42,325 nt of DNA from Cyanobacteriota bacterium (GTDB taxonomy: Bacteria > Cyanobacteriota > Cyanobacteriia > Thermostichales > Thermostichaceae): positions 1 to 42,325 of the forward strand of contig JANRIL010000037.1 in the NCBI GenBank assembly GCA_033764955.1, in the 5' to 3' direction. The position numbers were made by a program, and so were the translations under genes. This document shows, in pieces, positions 17,131-26,980 of the stretch. The stretch's first letter is position 1. Every line of letters begins with the position of its first letter. The notes under the pieces are model-generated. The model saw nothing but the letters and a program-made list of their open reading frames with translations, did not search any database and was not told the origin of the DNA.

Positions 17131-19941
17131 ATGTATATTCCTAACTCTACCTATCGCCTTCAGTTCAATTCTCAGTTTACCTTTACATCTGCTAAAGACA
17201 TTCTCCCCTATCTAGCAGAACTGGGTGTTTCCACCCTCTATGCATCACCGATTTTTCAGGCAAGGAGAGGTAGCACTCACGGCTATGACGTAGTGGATCC
17301 CAATCAAATCAATCCTGAATTAGGAGGGAAAGAAAAGCTTGATGAGTTACTTCAGGATTTACAGAAGTACAACATGGGATGGATTCAGGATATTGTCCCG
17401 AATCACATGGCCTATGACGGTCAAAATTTTATGTTGATGGATATCTTAGAAAGTGGTCAAGACTCAGACTATATTGATTTCTTTGATGTCAATTGGCATC
17501 ATCTCTCTTTTGGTAGTGAAGATAGAATATTGGCTCCTTTTTTGGGTAACTTTTATGATGCTTGTTTAGAAAATGCCGAGATTCAACTAGGTTTTGATGC
17601 AGCGGGTTTGCATATCAATTATTATGATCTGAGATTTCCCCTTAACATTAATTCCTATCACGATTTTTTTACGCATCAGTTGCCTCGACTTAAGCGCAAA
17701 CTTGGTCGCAATCATCCTGATTATGTGAAATTACTTGGTGCCCTCTACAGTCTTAAATTTATTCCCAGTAAAAAAGTTGACTTGATTGAACGAGCTGATC
17801 AGATTAGCTTTTGCAAGCAATTATTATGGGATCTCTATGGTGAGAATTCTCATGTGCAAACTTTTATTGATGAAAATCTCACTCTATTTAATGGGCAGCC
17901 AGGGGATCCAAGTAGCTTTGATTTATTGGATCATCTGCTCTCTCAGCAAAATTTTCGATTGGCCTTCTGGAAGGTGGGAGCGGAGGAAATCAACTACCGA
18001 CGCTTTTTTACGGTCAATGAATTGATCTCACTACGCATGGAAGATAAAGAAGTTTTTCGTAAAACTCATAATTTAATCTTCAAAATGATTGATCAAGGAA
18101 AATTCCAGGGCTTGCGGATTGATCATATCGATGGCTTATATGATCCGATTGACTATCTGAATCGACTGCGGGAGAGAGTTAATCAATCCTATATCATTGT
18201 TGAAAAAATACTAGAATCCCACGAAACTATCCCTTCTCACTGGCCCCTTCAGGGATCCACTGGTTATGACTTCTTAGTCAAGTTAAATGGAATTTTTTGC
18301 CAGACCAATTATTGGGAAAAGTTTGATCTGATCTACACCACATTTTCGGGATTAAAGGTCACAGCCGATCAAGTTATCGAAGATAAGAAACGCCTGATTA
18401 TTGAGCGGAATCTATCTGGCGATATGGATAACTTAGCCTATTTGCATAAACAAATCTCTAGTCGTCATCGCTATGCGAACGATTTTACGCTGTATAGTTT
18501 ACGCAAAGCCTTAGTGGAAGTTTTAATTTATTTTCCTGTCTATCGCATTTATGTCAATAATGGATCTCTGGATGAAATCGGACAAAGCTACATTCGCCAA
18601 GCGGTTGAACAAGCTAGAGAAAGCCAGCCCATCCTCCTCAATGAACTTAACTTTATCGAGCGTTTTTTGCTTTTGCAATATGATGACCTGCTAGCTCAAG
18701 ACGAAAAAAATCAATGGATTCACTTTGTGATGAGACTGCAACAATTTGCAGGACCATTGATGGCTAAAGGAGTTGAAGATACCGCTTTCTATGTATATAA
18801 CCGACTCCTTTCTCTCAATGAAGTTGGAGGGGATCCCAGACAATTTGGGATTAGTTTAGATGATTTCCACCAATTTAACCAAACCCGATCAAACGATTGG
18901 CCACTTGCCATGAATTCTACCTCTACCCATGACACCAAGCGGGGAGAGGATGCCAGGGCACGCCTGAATGTTCTCTCAGAAATTCCTGAGGAATGGGAAG
19001 CTCATCTTAAGGTTTGGCGAGAGATCAATGCGGATCACAAAACTCGTGTCAAAGGATCAAAACGCTCCGAACTGCCGGATCGGAATGATGAGTATATGCT
19101 CTATCAAACCCTCTTAGCCTCTTTCCCTTTTATCAAAGCTGAATATCCGACATTTTCTGAACGGCTTAAGGCTTATGTCATTAAAGCGGTTCGTGAAGCG
19201 AAAGTGCATACTGCTTGGTTGCGCCCTGATGCCACCTATGAAACCGCGATCACACATTTTGTAGAAAAGCTGTTAGATGACAGCAAACCCAACCCATTTT
19301 TAGACAGTTTTTTCCCATTTTTGAAAAAGATCCAGCACTATGGCATATTTAATTCTTTGGCACAGACCCTGATCAAAGTCATGGCACCAGGGATCCCAGA
19401 TATCTATCAAGGGTCGGAATTTTGGGACTTGAGTATGGTGGATCCCGATAATCGTCGCCCTGTGGATTTTGACCATCGTTTGCAGGTGTTGACCACCATT
19501 AATGATCACCTTCAGCAGTCGGCCTACGCAGATTTATTAGCTGACCTGTTAACCCATCGGATTGACGGAAGAATTAAGCTTTATACCCTCTATCAAGCCT
19601 TACAAATACGTCAGCAATACCCAACTTTATTCTCGTCGGGTAGCTATTGGCCGCTCCGCATCACGGGTGTTTTGGCGGATCATGTGATTGCTTTTGCCCG
19701 AATTGAAGGGAACTTAGCGGTGATGTGTGTGGCTTGTCGTTGGCTGACTCCCGTTATTGAGGAGGGGCAAGATCCATTGGGGAGAGCAGTTTGGCAAAAT
19801 ACAGAAATTCTTCTCCCCTTTGGCAAATGGCAACATTGGCACAATGTTTTGACCCATCAGCCTTTGTCCGGCAAAGATACTCTGGCGCTGGCGGACATTC
19901 TCGAATCTTTTCCGGTTGCACTCCTGATTAGCCGTACCTAA
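17131..19941 (+). CDS. treY: Malto-oligosyltrehalose synthase
   Basis: STYRLQ, GSTHGYDVVD, DIVPNHM, INYRRFF, GLRIDHIDGL, VEKIL, AKGVEDTAFY, STHDTKRGED, PGIPDIYQG, VDPDNRRPVD. Confidence 0.96.
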   Translation: MYIPNSTYRLQFNSQFTFTSAKDILPYLAELGVSTLYASPIFQARRGSTHGYDVVDPNQINPELGGKEKLDELLQDLQKYNMGWIQDIVPNHMAYDGQNFMLMDILESGQDSDYIDFFDVNWHHLSFGSEDRILAPFLGNFYDACLENAEIQLGFDAAGLHINYYDLRFPLNINSYHDFFTHQLPRLKRKLGRNHPDYVKLLGALYSLKFIPSKKVDLIERADQISFCKQLLWDLYGENSHVQTFIDENLTLFNGQPGDPSSFDLLDHLLSQQNFRLAFWKVGAEEINYRRFFTVNELISLRMEDKEVFRKTHNLIFKMIDQGKFQGLRIDHIDGLYDPIDYLNRLRERVNQSYIIVEKILESHETIPSHWPLQGSTGYDFLVKLNGIFCQTNYWEKFDLIYTTFSGLKVTADQVIEDKKRLIIERNLSGDMDNLAYLHKQISSRHRYANDFTLYSLRKALVEVLIYFPVYRIYVNNGSLDEIGQSYIRQAVEQARESQPILLNELNFIERFLLLQYDDLLAQDEKNQWIHFVMRLQQFAGPLMAKGVEDTAFYVYNRLLSLNEVGGDPRQFGISLDDFHQFNQTRSNDWPLAMNSTSTHDTKRGEDARARLNVLSEIPEEWEAHLKVWREINADHKTRVKGSKRSELPDRNDEYMLYQTLLASFPFIKAEYPTFSERLKAYVIKAVREAKVHTAWLRPDATYETAITHFVEKLLDDSKPNPFLDSFFPFLKKIQHYGIFNSLAQTLIKVMAPGIPDIYQGSEFWDLSMVDPDNRRPVDFDHRLQVLTTINDHLQQSAYADLLADLLTHRIDGRIKLYTLYQALQIRQQYPTLFSSGSYWPLRITGVLADHVIAFARIEGNLAVMCVACRWLTPVIEEGQDPLGRAVWQNTEILLPFGKWQHWHNVLTHQPLSGKDTLALADILESFPVALLISRT

Positions 19942-20058
19942 GCGTAATCCCCTTATTCCCAAAACCACTCCTCTGTTAGGGCGAGAAACGAGTTATTCTG
20001 GATTACTACCTCTAGCAGAGGTGATGTGTCGGATCCTTTCTCCCCCGTAATGACTGCC

Positions 20059-20973
20059 ATGCCTGACTTTCTGCCGATAGCCTATTTTGAAAATCAATTT
20101 GTCCCGTTTGCCGAGGCCAAAATCTCGATTGCTACTCATGCTTTGCACTACGGCACAGGTGCTTTTGGCGGTTTGCGGGGCATTCCGGATCCCAGTCACC
20201 CAGGTCAAGTTCTCTTGTTTCGTTTGGATAGACATTGTCAACGGCTCAGTCAAAGTGCCCGCCTTCTCAATTACGAATTACCAGCGGACAAAATCGCAGC
20301 TGTGATCACGGAATTGGTCAAACAAAATAAGCCCACCCAGTCTTTTTATTTGCGACCTTTTGTTTATACCTCTGATTTAGGGATTTCTCCGCGACTGCAT
20401 AATATTGAGATGAATTTCTTTGTCTATGGTTTGGAACTGGGAGATTATCTTTCACCTAGTGGCGTGAGTTGTCGCATCAGCTCTTGGTATCGACAGGAAG
20501 ATCGCAGTTTGCCTCTGCGCGGAAAAATTAGTGGGGCTTATATCACCTCTTCGCTAGCCAAAACAGAAGCGATTGCTGCCGGTTATGATGAAGCCATTTT
20601 AATGAATAGTCAAGGTAAAGTCAGTGAAGCCTCTGGCATGAATATCTTTATGGTTAGGCATGGACAGTTGATTACCCCTGGCTATGATCAAGATATTTTA
20701 GAGGGAATTACCCGTGACAGTATTTTGGTTTTAGCAAAGGATTTAGGGATCCCTTGTATTGAACGACCCATTGATAAATCAGAATTATTAGTAGCCGATG
20801 AAGTCTTTTTGAGCGGAACGGCGGCCAAAATTACCCCAGTCAAACAAATTGAGAATTATTCTTTATCCAGTCATCGGCCTATCACCGATCAACTGCGCGA
20901 AAAGCTCACCGCTATTACGGAAAATCGAGATAGCCACTATCAACATTGGGTTTATGCCATTTCCCTGAGCTAA
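20059..20973 (+). CDS. ilvE: Branched-chain amino acid aminotransferase
   Basis: ATHALHYGTGAFGG, FRLDRH, GKISGAY, EASGMN, ILEGITRDS, ADEVFLSGTAA. Start ambiguous (20026, 20050 or 20059). Confidence 0.93.
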   Translation: MPDFLPIAYFENQFVPFAEAKISIATHALHYGTGAFGGLRGIPDPSHPGQVLLFRLDRHCQRLSQSARLLNYELPADKIAAVITELVKQNKPTQSFYLRPFVYTSDLGISPRLHNIEMNFFVYGLELGDYLSPSGVSCRISSWYRQEDRSLPLRGKISGAYITSSLAKTEAIAAGYDEAILMNSQGKVSEASGMNIFMVRHGQLITPGYDQDILEGITRDSILVLAKDLGIPCIERPIDKSELLVADEVFLSGTAAKITPVKQIENYSLSSHRPITDQLREKLTAITENRDSHYQHWVYAISLS

Positions 20974-21010
20974 AATACTCAGCCCTCATCCGAAAAATAA
21001 TCCTCTACCA

Positions 21011-22366
21011 TCAACGGGATCCCAGTTCCACAGGGGCGCGTCCGGATCCCGACCATTCAGGAAGATCAGAAAGAAATGGTTTTGTGGATAGCGCCAAGCG
21101 AGGCTGATCGGCGGCAATTCCCATCGCTCGTCGCATCAATGCTTGTTTCAGTGTCGGCAGATAGTCTAATCCAACCAAGCCCAGCCTCCGCCCCCACAAT
21201 AGAGGCCAATAACGATTAGAAAACAACCGATTGGCTAAGTCAGTTGCCCAGAGAATGCTGCGATTTTCTGCTTGCCGTGCGGTGGCATAGCGTTGCAGTA
21301 GATGAGGGGATCCCAGATCCTCCCTTTGGCTATGGGCATGGGAAAGTAGGCTAGCCAAATAGGCCACATCCCGCATTCCCATATTTACCCCCTGTCCTCC
21401 CACCGGATGGGTGGTGTGGGCGGCGTCTCCCAGGAGAGCGAACCGCTCAGCCACATAACGCTGACTTTGGCAACGCTGCGGAGCATAGCAGGCTCGTTGA
21501 TTCACCTTTAGCAACTTGCCCAGACTGGTTCCAAAGGAAGGAGCCATGGCGGCCAGGAAATCTTGCTCACTCAAAGCCATCAGCCGTTCTTGATCTCGAC
21601 CCTTGACGGTCCAAACCACACACACCTGCTGAGGATCGGTAAGGGGCAAAATCGCAAAAGGGCCACTGGCTTGAAAACGCTCGTAAGCAATCTGCTGATG
21701 GGGGCGCTCCGTCTGAACCGTACTGACAATACAGCTTTGGGCATAGCGCCATCCCCATGTCGGGATCCCTAACTGTTGGCGCAGGGGGGAGTGCATGCCA
21801 TCGGCAGCCACCACCAGTGCAGATCTCGTGGTGAGTCGGTCTCCAGATGTGCAGGAATCCTCCCCCTCCTGCCCTAGCACCTGTACCTCTAGACAAGCGG
21901 CTGTTGCAGTCAGACAACAGTGGGTGACTTGAGCTGGGCAGATCCAATCCACCTGGGGAAGTGCCCGTAGAGCTTGCCGAAGTCCCGCCTGAGTGACCTG
22001 ATTCTCTACGATATAGCCGAGTGCCTCCGCCCCCACCTCCTGATGATGCAGACGGGCGACCTGAGGCCAGTTCCCGTCAGAAATTTGAATTTGTCGAATC
22101 GGAGATACCCCTACCTGCTGAAGAGACGGCCATACCCCCAGTTGCTCCAGCAGTTGTGCAGTCCCCAGCGACAGCGCACTAGCCCGCCCATCAGAACCCA
22201 GTCTGGTTTGACCTTGCTCCAGAGAGAGGGGTCGCGCCTCGATCAACCCCACCCGCAGACCTGCCTGTCCGAGGGCTACCGCCAGCGTGGATCCCACCAT
22301 GCCAGCTCCGACTATCACCACGTCGTAATCGGCGGGAGAGGAAAAAATCGTTTGATGTTGCGGCAT
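21011..22366 (-). CDS. FAD-dependent hydroxylase, UbiH/COQ6 family
   Basis: GAGMVG Rossmann motif, VAADG, AYERF, GPFAILP, GDAAHTTHPVGGQGVNMGMRD. Confidence 0.9.
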   Translation of the reverse strand: MPQHQTIFSSPADYDVVIVGAGMVGSTLAVALGQAGLRVGLIEARPLSLEQGQTRLGSDGRASALSLGTAQLLEQLGVWPSLQQVGVSPIRQIQISDGNWPQVARLHHQEVGAEALGYIVENQVTQAGLRQALRALPQVDWICPAQVTHCCLTATAACLEVQVLGQEGEDSCTSGDRLTTRSALVVAADGMHSPLRQQLGIPTWGWRYAQSCIVSTVQTERPHQQIAYERFQASGPFAILPLTDPQQVCVVWTVKGRDQERLMALSEQDFLAAMAPSFGTSLGKLLKVNQRACYAPQRCQSQRYVAERFALLGDAAHTTHPVGGQGVNMGMRDVAYLASLLSHAHSQREDLGSPHLLQRYATARQAENRSILWATDLANRLFSNRYWPLLWGRRLGLVGLDYLPTLKQALMRRAMGIAADQPRLALSTKPFLSDLPEWSGSGRAPVELGSR

Positions 22367-22495
22367 TACTTAAGAGGATTATCTTACAAAAATTGTTATC
22401 TTTCTATAACTAGCTTAGCAAGGGATCCCGTTTCCCCACGACCTTCTGGGGGTCGGTATGATTGAGGAGCCAATCTCCCCCGATGGATAGAGCTT

Positions 22496-23413
22496 ATGCC
22501 GGAGTCGCTGGCCGGTCAATTGGTAATAGCGGTCTCGTCACGAGCCTTGTTTAGCTTGGATGAGAGCAACCGTGTTTTTGAAGACGAAGGGTTATCCGCC
22601 TATCGCCGCTATCAAACCGATCATGAAAACGATCGGCTGCAACCGGGAGTTGCTTTTCCCCTGATCAAGCGCCTCCTCAATCTACGGGATCCTGTGACTG
22701 AGAAAGCCTTGGTGGAAGTGATCTTGGTGTCGCGCAATGATGCCGACACGGGCTTGCGGGTGTTTAATTCCATCGAAAGCTATGGACTGCCCATTACCCG
22801 TGCGGCCTTCACGTCGGGGCGCTCTCCCTTCAAATATCTCACCTCCTTTCAGGCTGATCTGTTTTTGTCCGCCAATCCACAGGATGTACAAGCCGCCTTA
22901 GCTCAGGGACATGCCAGTGCCATGCTGCTGAATACTCCTCGCCTACAGGATGAAGATACGCAGGAGGAAATTCGCATTGCCTTTGATGGAGATGCGGTTT
23001 TATTTGGGGATGAGTCGGAACGCATCTATCAGGAGCAGGGGTTATCTGCTTTCAAGCAAAACGAGAAGGATAACTCCCATATTCCCCTCACCCCTGGGCC
23101 ATTCAAGGGGTTTTTGCAGGCACTTCAGCATATTCAAAAAGCTTATGAACCTTTGGCTGTACAACCCATTCGCACGGCACTGGTGACGGCTCGTAATGCG
23201 CCCACCCACAAGCGGGTGATCAATACCTTGCGCCATTGGGGGATCCATTTGGATGAAGCTTATTTTTTAGGAGGGCTGAGTAAAAAGCCCATTCTCCAAC
23301 AATTTCGACCCCATATTTTCTTTGATGATCAACCCCTGCATTGTGAAGCAGCGGCTGAAATTGTTCCTACCGGACATGTTCTATCAGGAATAATCAATAG
23401 TCCGTTAAATTAG
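22496..23413 (+). CDS. 5'-nucleotidase (cytosolic cN-I-like family)
   Basis: IAVSSRALF, IRIAFDGDAVLF, IRTALVTAR, EAYFLGG, PHIFFDDQ. Confidence 0.9.
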   Translation: MPESLAGQLVIAVSSRALFSLDESNRVFEDEGLSAYRRYQTDHENDRLQPGVAFPLIKRLLNLRDPVTEKALVEVILVSRNDADTGLRVFNSIESYGLPITRAAFTSGRSPFKYLTSFQADLFLSANPQDVQAALAQGHASAMLLNTPRLQDEDTQEEIRIAFDGDAVLFGDESERIYQEQGLSAFKQNEKDNSHIPLTPGPFKGFLQALQHIQKAYEPLAVQPIRTALVTARNAPTHKRVINTLRHWGIHLDEAYFLGGLSKKPILQQFRPHIFFDDQPLHCEAAAEIVPTGHVLSGIINSPLN

Positions 23414-24063
23414 GCCATCATCAGTTGCCTGGATTCATGATTGTTCGGTCTGATATCGCATGGATCAATGCCAATTTGCCGATAATAAAACACTTTAGAA
23501 GGCAAGCAACGTTGCGCCATCCCATGAGCTTGTTCCTGGGTCTTTCCTAAAAAGCAGCGACCTGTTTCTACCTCAATGGCGACATACCAACCTTGATAAT
23601 CTTTGCCCAGCTTTGGCTCTACTAGGCGAGAATAAATCAGGTTTGACCGCTGCATATCTGACAAGTGTAGGGCTTTTGCTTGATACTGATCGATGGGTGG
23701 TGAGCTAAGGCGAGAGCGAATAGCCGACAACAACTCTTCGATGTCAATGGGCTTGGTCACATAGCAGTCGGATCCTAGCTGAATCCCCTTGCGGATATCT
23801 TTGTCAGTCGATTTCGAGCTGAGAAACAAAAACGGGATCCCTTTCGTTTCTGGATCTTGCTGAAGCTGTTCAATCACCTCATATCCATTCATCATAGGCA
23901 TAACAATGTCACACAAGATCAGATCAGGCTTGATATTTTTGGCAACCCGCACCCCCTCTGCTCCATTTTCAGCATTAACGGTCCAAAATCCTTCTTTTCT
24001 GAGCAGTTTCCGAATCAAAGTGCTGATGGAAATATCATCATCAATGATCAAGACAGTTTTCAT
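23410..24063 (-). CDS. Response regulator: receiver domain plus a small C-terminal DUF5678-like domain
   Basis: VLIIDDD, PDLILCDIVMP (phospho-Asp), FLFLS, YVTKP; C-terminal YQGWYVAIEVETG...FYYRQIG. Confidence 0.85.
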   Translation of the reverse strand: MKTVLIIDDDISISTLIRKLLRKEGFWTVNAENGAEGVRVAKNIKPDLILCDIVMPMMNGYEVIEQLQQDPETKGIPFLFLSSKSTDKDIRKGIQLGSDCYVTKPIDIEELLSAIRSRLSSPPIDQYQAKALHLSDMQRSNLIYSRLVEPKLGKDYQGWYVAIEVETGRCFLGKTQEQAHGMAQRCLPSKVFYYRQIGIDPCDIRPNNHESRQLMMA

Positions 24064-24581
24064 GACTTCCTTTATGACTTTAGGGTGGATATCAGGAACA
24101 AAGCAACATCATTTTTGCAAGTATTTCTGACCCCTACCTAAGCAGTATCAACATCAAAACTCACTTCAGGAATGGGCAGCACAAGATGACTGACCCCATA
24201 GCCTATGAAATGAGGAGTTATACGAGTTACTTAGCTAGTTCAGTGTTTTGGGTATAACGAACCCGTGCTTTCTATCGGCAACTCAGTGGGAATAGGACTC
24301 AACCGCAATTTAAGCTTCGTCAAGACTAATCGGCAAAGGGCAGCAACCCATGGCTATTAGCTCTATGTTTTTACTATAGAGTCAGATTCAAAGGGATCCC
24401 ACCGTGATCCTACGCATTTCCAAGAATTTAATCATTTTTTTGTAGATTTGCCACGGATACAGAGAAGGTTTTTCCGCCTTTTCTTGAAATTTACTGGTTT
24501 TTGTCGATGGGTACGGATATCCACCTGCTGTTGCTAGGATAAGATTACCCACTCACGCTGAAAAGAGTCCCCATTACCCCC

Positions 24582-24905
24582 ATGCTCCTATCCACCACCG
24601 ACACCCTGCAAAGTATCGAGATCCGCCAGTATTTGGGCATTGTCACAGCGGAGGTTGTCTATGGCAGCAATGCGCTGCGGGATTTTTTTGCGGGCATCCG
24701 CGACATCATCGGTGGGCGAACCGGAGCCTACGAACGGGTTTTTGAGCAGGGGCAACGGGAAGCCATGCAAGAACTGGAAAACCGTGCCCGTAAGCTAGGA
24801 GCTGATGGCGTGATTGGCATTTCCTTGCAAACAGGCACCATCAACATCGACGAGTCGGGGGTCTTGTTGCTGATCACCGCCTCCGGTACTGCCGTCAAAT
24901 GGTGA
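24582..24905 (+). CDS. YbjQ family (UPF0145) protein
   Basis: YLGIVTAEVVYG.NALRDFFAGIRDIIGGRTGAYE, ARKLGADGVIG, ASGTAVK. Confidence 0.92.
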   Translation: MLLSTTDTLQSIEIRQYLGIVTAEVVYGSNALRDFFAGIRDIIGGRTGAYERVFEQGQREAMQELENRARKLGADGVIGISLQTGTINIDESGVLLLITASGTAVKW

Positions 24906-25700
24906 AGACTCCCCCACCCTCCACAGCGATGAGGGAATCGGCGTAAAAATGGATCCCTCCTCCACATCTCCGAAGGTGCGACAGCGTTGGGATCCCCAGC
25001 GCAATCCGTAGAGGGCAATATAGGCACACATCAGAGCATCCACCTGATCTTCATAATTTTTTAGGGCACGCCCCCGCCGATCCTCCACCTTCTTAGCCAG
25101 CAGAGACTGCTGTCCTCTCAACCAGGGATCTGACTCTCCCAACTGATTCAAATGCTGTTGATAGTCTTGCCAAGCCTGCTGTCGTTCTGCCCAGGGGCGC
25201 TGCGGTTTCGCCTTATATTTGAGGGTGCGTTGCAAGCCAAACAGAGCTACCATCGCCGGATGGGGATAGACTTCCGTCAGTTGTCTGCCTACCCAATCGG
25301 GTTGAATGCTGGCTCGATAGACAAACCCCCCCTCTGCTAAATTGGCGATTAAGCTTTCTCCCCGCACCTTTCCTCCATAGCTCAAACGTTGACGATTAGA
25401 GGGATGCGCCCCCGCCTGATAAACCCGAAAGATTTGATTTAACTCCGTCTCCGCCCGCCGCTGTCCGCTGGGATTGGGAACCCAAAGGGGGGCATCCACC
25501 GCCACCACCACCCAAGGAGCCTCCCCACCCTGCTGGAGAATGTAGTTGCTAATCTCTTGATCCGTTTGCAGAATTCGGCTGTCTGTGAGGATTCCTCCCA
25601 TTACCTTTCCCCCACTCGTCACCCCCTTGATCACCGCTATCCCCGACGGATGGTTGGGCGACCAGGCTAAATCCAAACCAATGCAGATGGGATCCCTCAT
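24795..25700 (-). CDS. DUF429 family (RNase H-like fold, predicted nuclease)
   Basis: IGLDLAW, VAVDAPL, EVYPHPA, LKYK, EDQVDALMCAY, GSIFTP. Confidence 0.88.
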   Translation of the reverse strand: MRDPICIGLDLAWSPNHPSGIAVIKGVTSGGKVMGGILTDSRILQTDQEISNYILQQGGEAPWVVVAVDAPLWVPNPSGQRRAETELNQIFRVYQAGAHPSNRQRLSYGGKVRGESLIANLAEGGFVYRASIQPDWVGRQLTEVYPHPAMVALFGLQRTLKYKAKPQRPWAERQQAWQDYQQHLNQLGESDPWLRGQQSLLAKKVEDRRGRALKNYEDQVDALMCAYIALYGLRWGSQRCRTFGDVEEGSIFTPIPSSLWRVGESSPFDGSTGGGDQQQDPRLVDVDGACLQGNANHAISS

Positions 25701-25795
25701 CCTTTTACCCTACCTTGTCTGACTAGCCAGGATTTGGAGATAGCTAGCAGACCCGACTAAAATAAGGATATATGCCAACAAATTGTGATTGAACA

Positions 25796-26257
25796 ATGTC
25801 GCACGACCCTTTGCCCTCCTATTCTTCTGACAACGGTGACGATATTGCCGAGCGATCGTATCTCACCGAAGAGTTAGAAAACTATCTCTATGTGCATGGG
25901 TTTGTCGGTGAATGTGTTCTGGGATCTCTGCGGATCCCGCCCGTCAACCCGTTGGATAAACCGGGCACGACTCTGGATGCATTGATTCACTATTGGTTGG
26001 GTGTGGATCGCCGCCGCTATAGCACCCTGCCTTTTTTTGTCCGGCAAGCCAAAGTGCAAGCCGCCTATGAACGGGAAATACAGGCGTATGAACAGGGGAT
26101 GATTCCGCAGGTGATTCCCCCCTATACGCGACAGACGATTGAAGACAGCCGCAGTCTTTTCTTGCTGATGGATGCTTATGATCGGGTGGTGGGCATTCAA
26201 AACCGTGTCCGTCGTCTGCTCAAACAAGAGGTGTTGCGGCAACTGCAACTGGACTGA
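25796..26257 (+). CDS. Hypothetical protein
   Basis: 153-aa ATG ORF filling the gap upstream of ruvA in the same orientation; protein-like composition. Confidence 0.7.
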   Translation: MSHDPLPSYSSDNGDDIAERSYLTEELENYLYVHGFVGECVLGSLRIPPVNPLDKPGTTLDALIHYWLGVDRRRYSTLPFFVRQAKVQAAYEREIQAYEQGMIPQVIPPYTRQTIEDSRSLFLLMDAYDRVVGIQNRVRRLLKQEVLRQLQLD

Positions 26258-26326
26258 TTTTTTGCTTAGATCCCAAACCCTAGCTACCTTTCTCGCCTTG
26301 CTTTATTTACTCAGTTATTTTTGGTC

Positions 26327-26944
26327 ATGATTGCATTTTTGCTAGGCAACTTGGCGGCGGTCGAGAGGGGTGAGCGGAGCGCCATTATCTTGAATGTGCA
26401 GGGGGTGGGCTATCGGGTGAAGGTGGCGGAACGGCTGTTGAAAACATTGCCCGCCATCGGGGATCCCGTACAGGTATTCACCCATTTGGCGGTAAGGGAA
26501 ACGGAAATGCTGCTCTATGGGTTTGGATCTGCCCCTGAGCGAGATTTGTTTGTAGAGTTAATCAAGGTGGCTGGGATTGGCCCGGCGTTAGGGCTGGCCT
26601 TGCTCAATACCCTCACCCTTTCCGAACTGATCCAGGCGATTCTCACCAACAATACCCGTGTCTTGTCCCTCACGCCCGGGGTGGGAGCCAAAACCGCACA
26701 ACGGCTGGCCCTAGAACTCAAAAGTAAGCTGAGTGATTGGCGGGTGGCGGCGGGCATGGGGGAGCAGCCGCTAGCTGCAACCGGAGATCCGGCTATCCGC
26801 GAAGAAGTGGAGATGGCTCTGCTAGCCTTAGGCTATAGCCCGCAGGAAATGACGCAGGCTCTCACCCAGGTTGCCCGTCAGTCTCCTCCGGCTAGTACGG
26901 AAGCATGGTTAAAGGCAGCCATTGCTCTGTTGAGTGAACGGTAG
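26327..26944 (+). CDS. ruvA: Holliday junction branch migration protein RuvA
   Basis: MIAFLLG, VQGVGYRV, LYGF, HhH motifs VAGIGPALG and TPGVGAKTAQRLALEL, ALLALGY. Confidence 0.96.
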   Translation: MIAFLLGNLAAVERGERSAIILNVQGVGYRVKVAERLLKTLPAIGDPVQVFTHLAVRETEMLLYGFGSAPERDLFVELIKVAGIGPALGLALLNTLTLSELIQAILTNNTRVLSLTPGVGAKTAQRLALELKSKLSDWRVAAGMGEQPLAATGDPAIREEVEMALLALGYSPQEMTQALTQVARQSPPASTEAWLKAAIALLSER

Positions 26945-26959
26945 GTGAGTGAACGGTAG
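26931..26959 (+). repeat. Tandem duplication (TGAGTGAACGGTAG x2, period 15) of the ruvA stop region
   Basis: Exact 14-bp copies at 26931-26944 and 26946-26959. Confidence 0.85.
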
Positions 26960-26980
26960 TGGGTGACGGGGGATCCCATC

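Noticed and set aside
21974..22465. 163-aa plus-strand ORF, and the many similar shadow ORFs (e.g. 2958-3365, 26909-27427, 28129-28545, 30857-31279)
   Set aside because: Antisense or out-of-frame to well-supported genes, with no motifs.
24064..24581. 518-bp intergenic region as an ncRNA or small gene
   Set aside because: Only a weak 6-bp hairpin and very short ORFs; consistent with a divergent promoter region.
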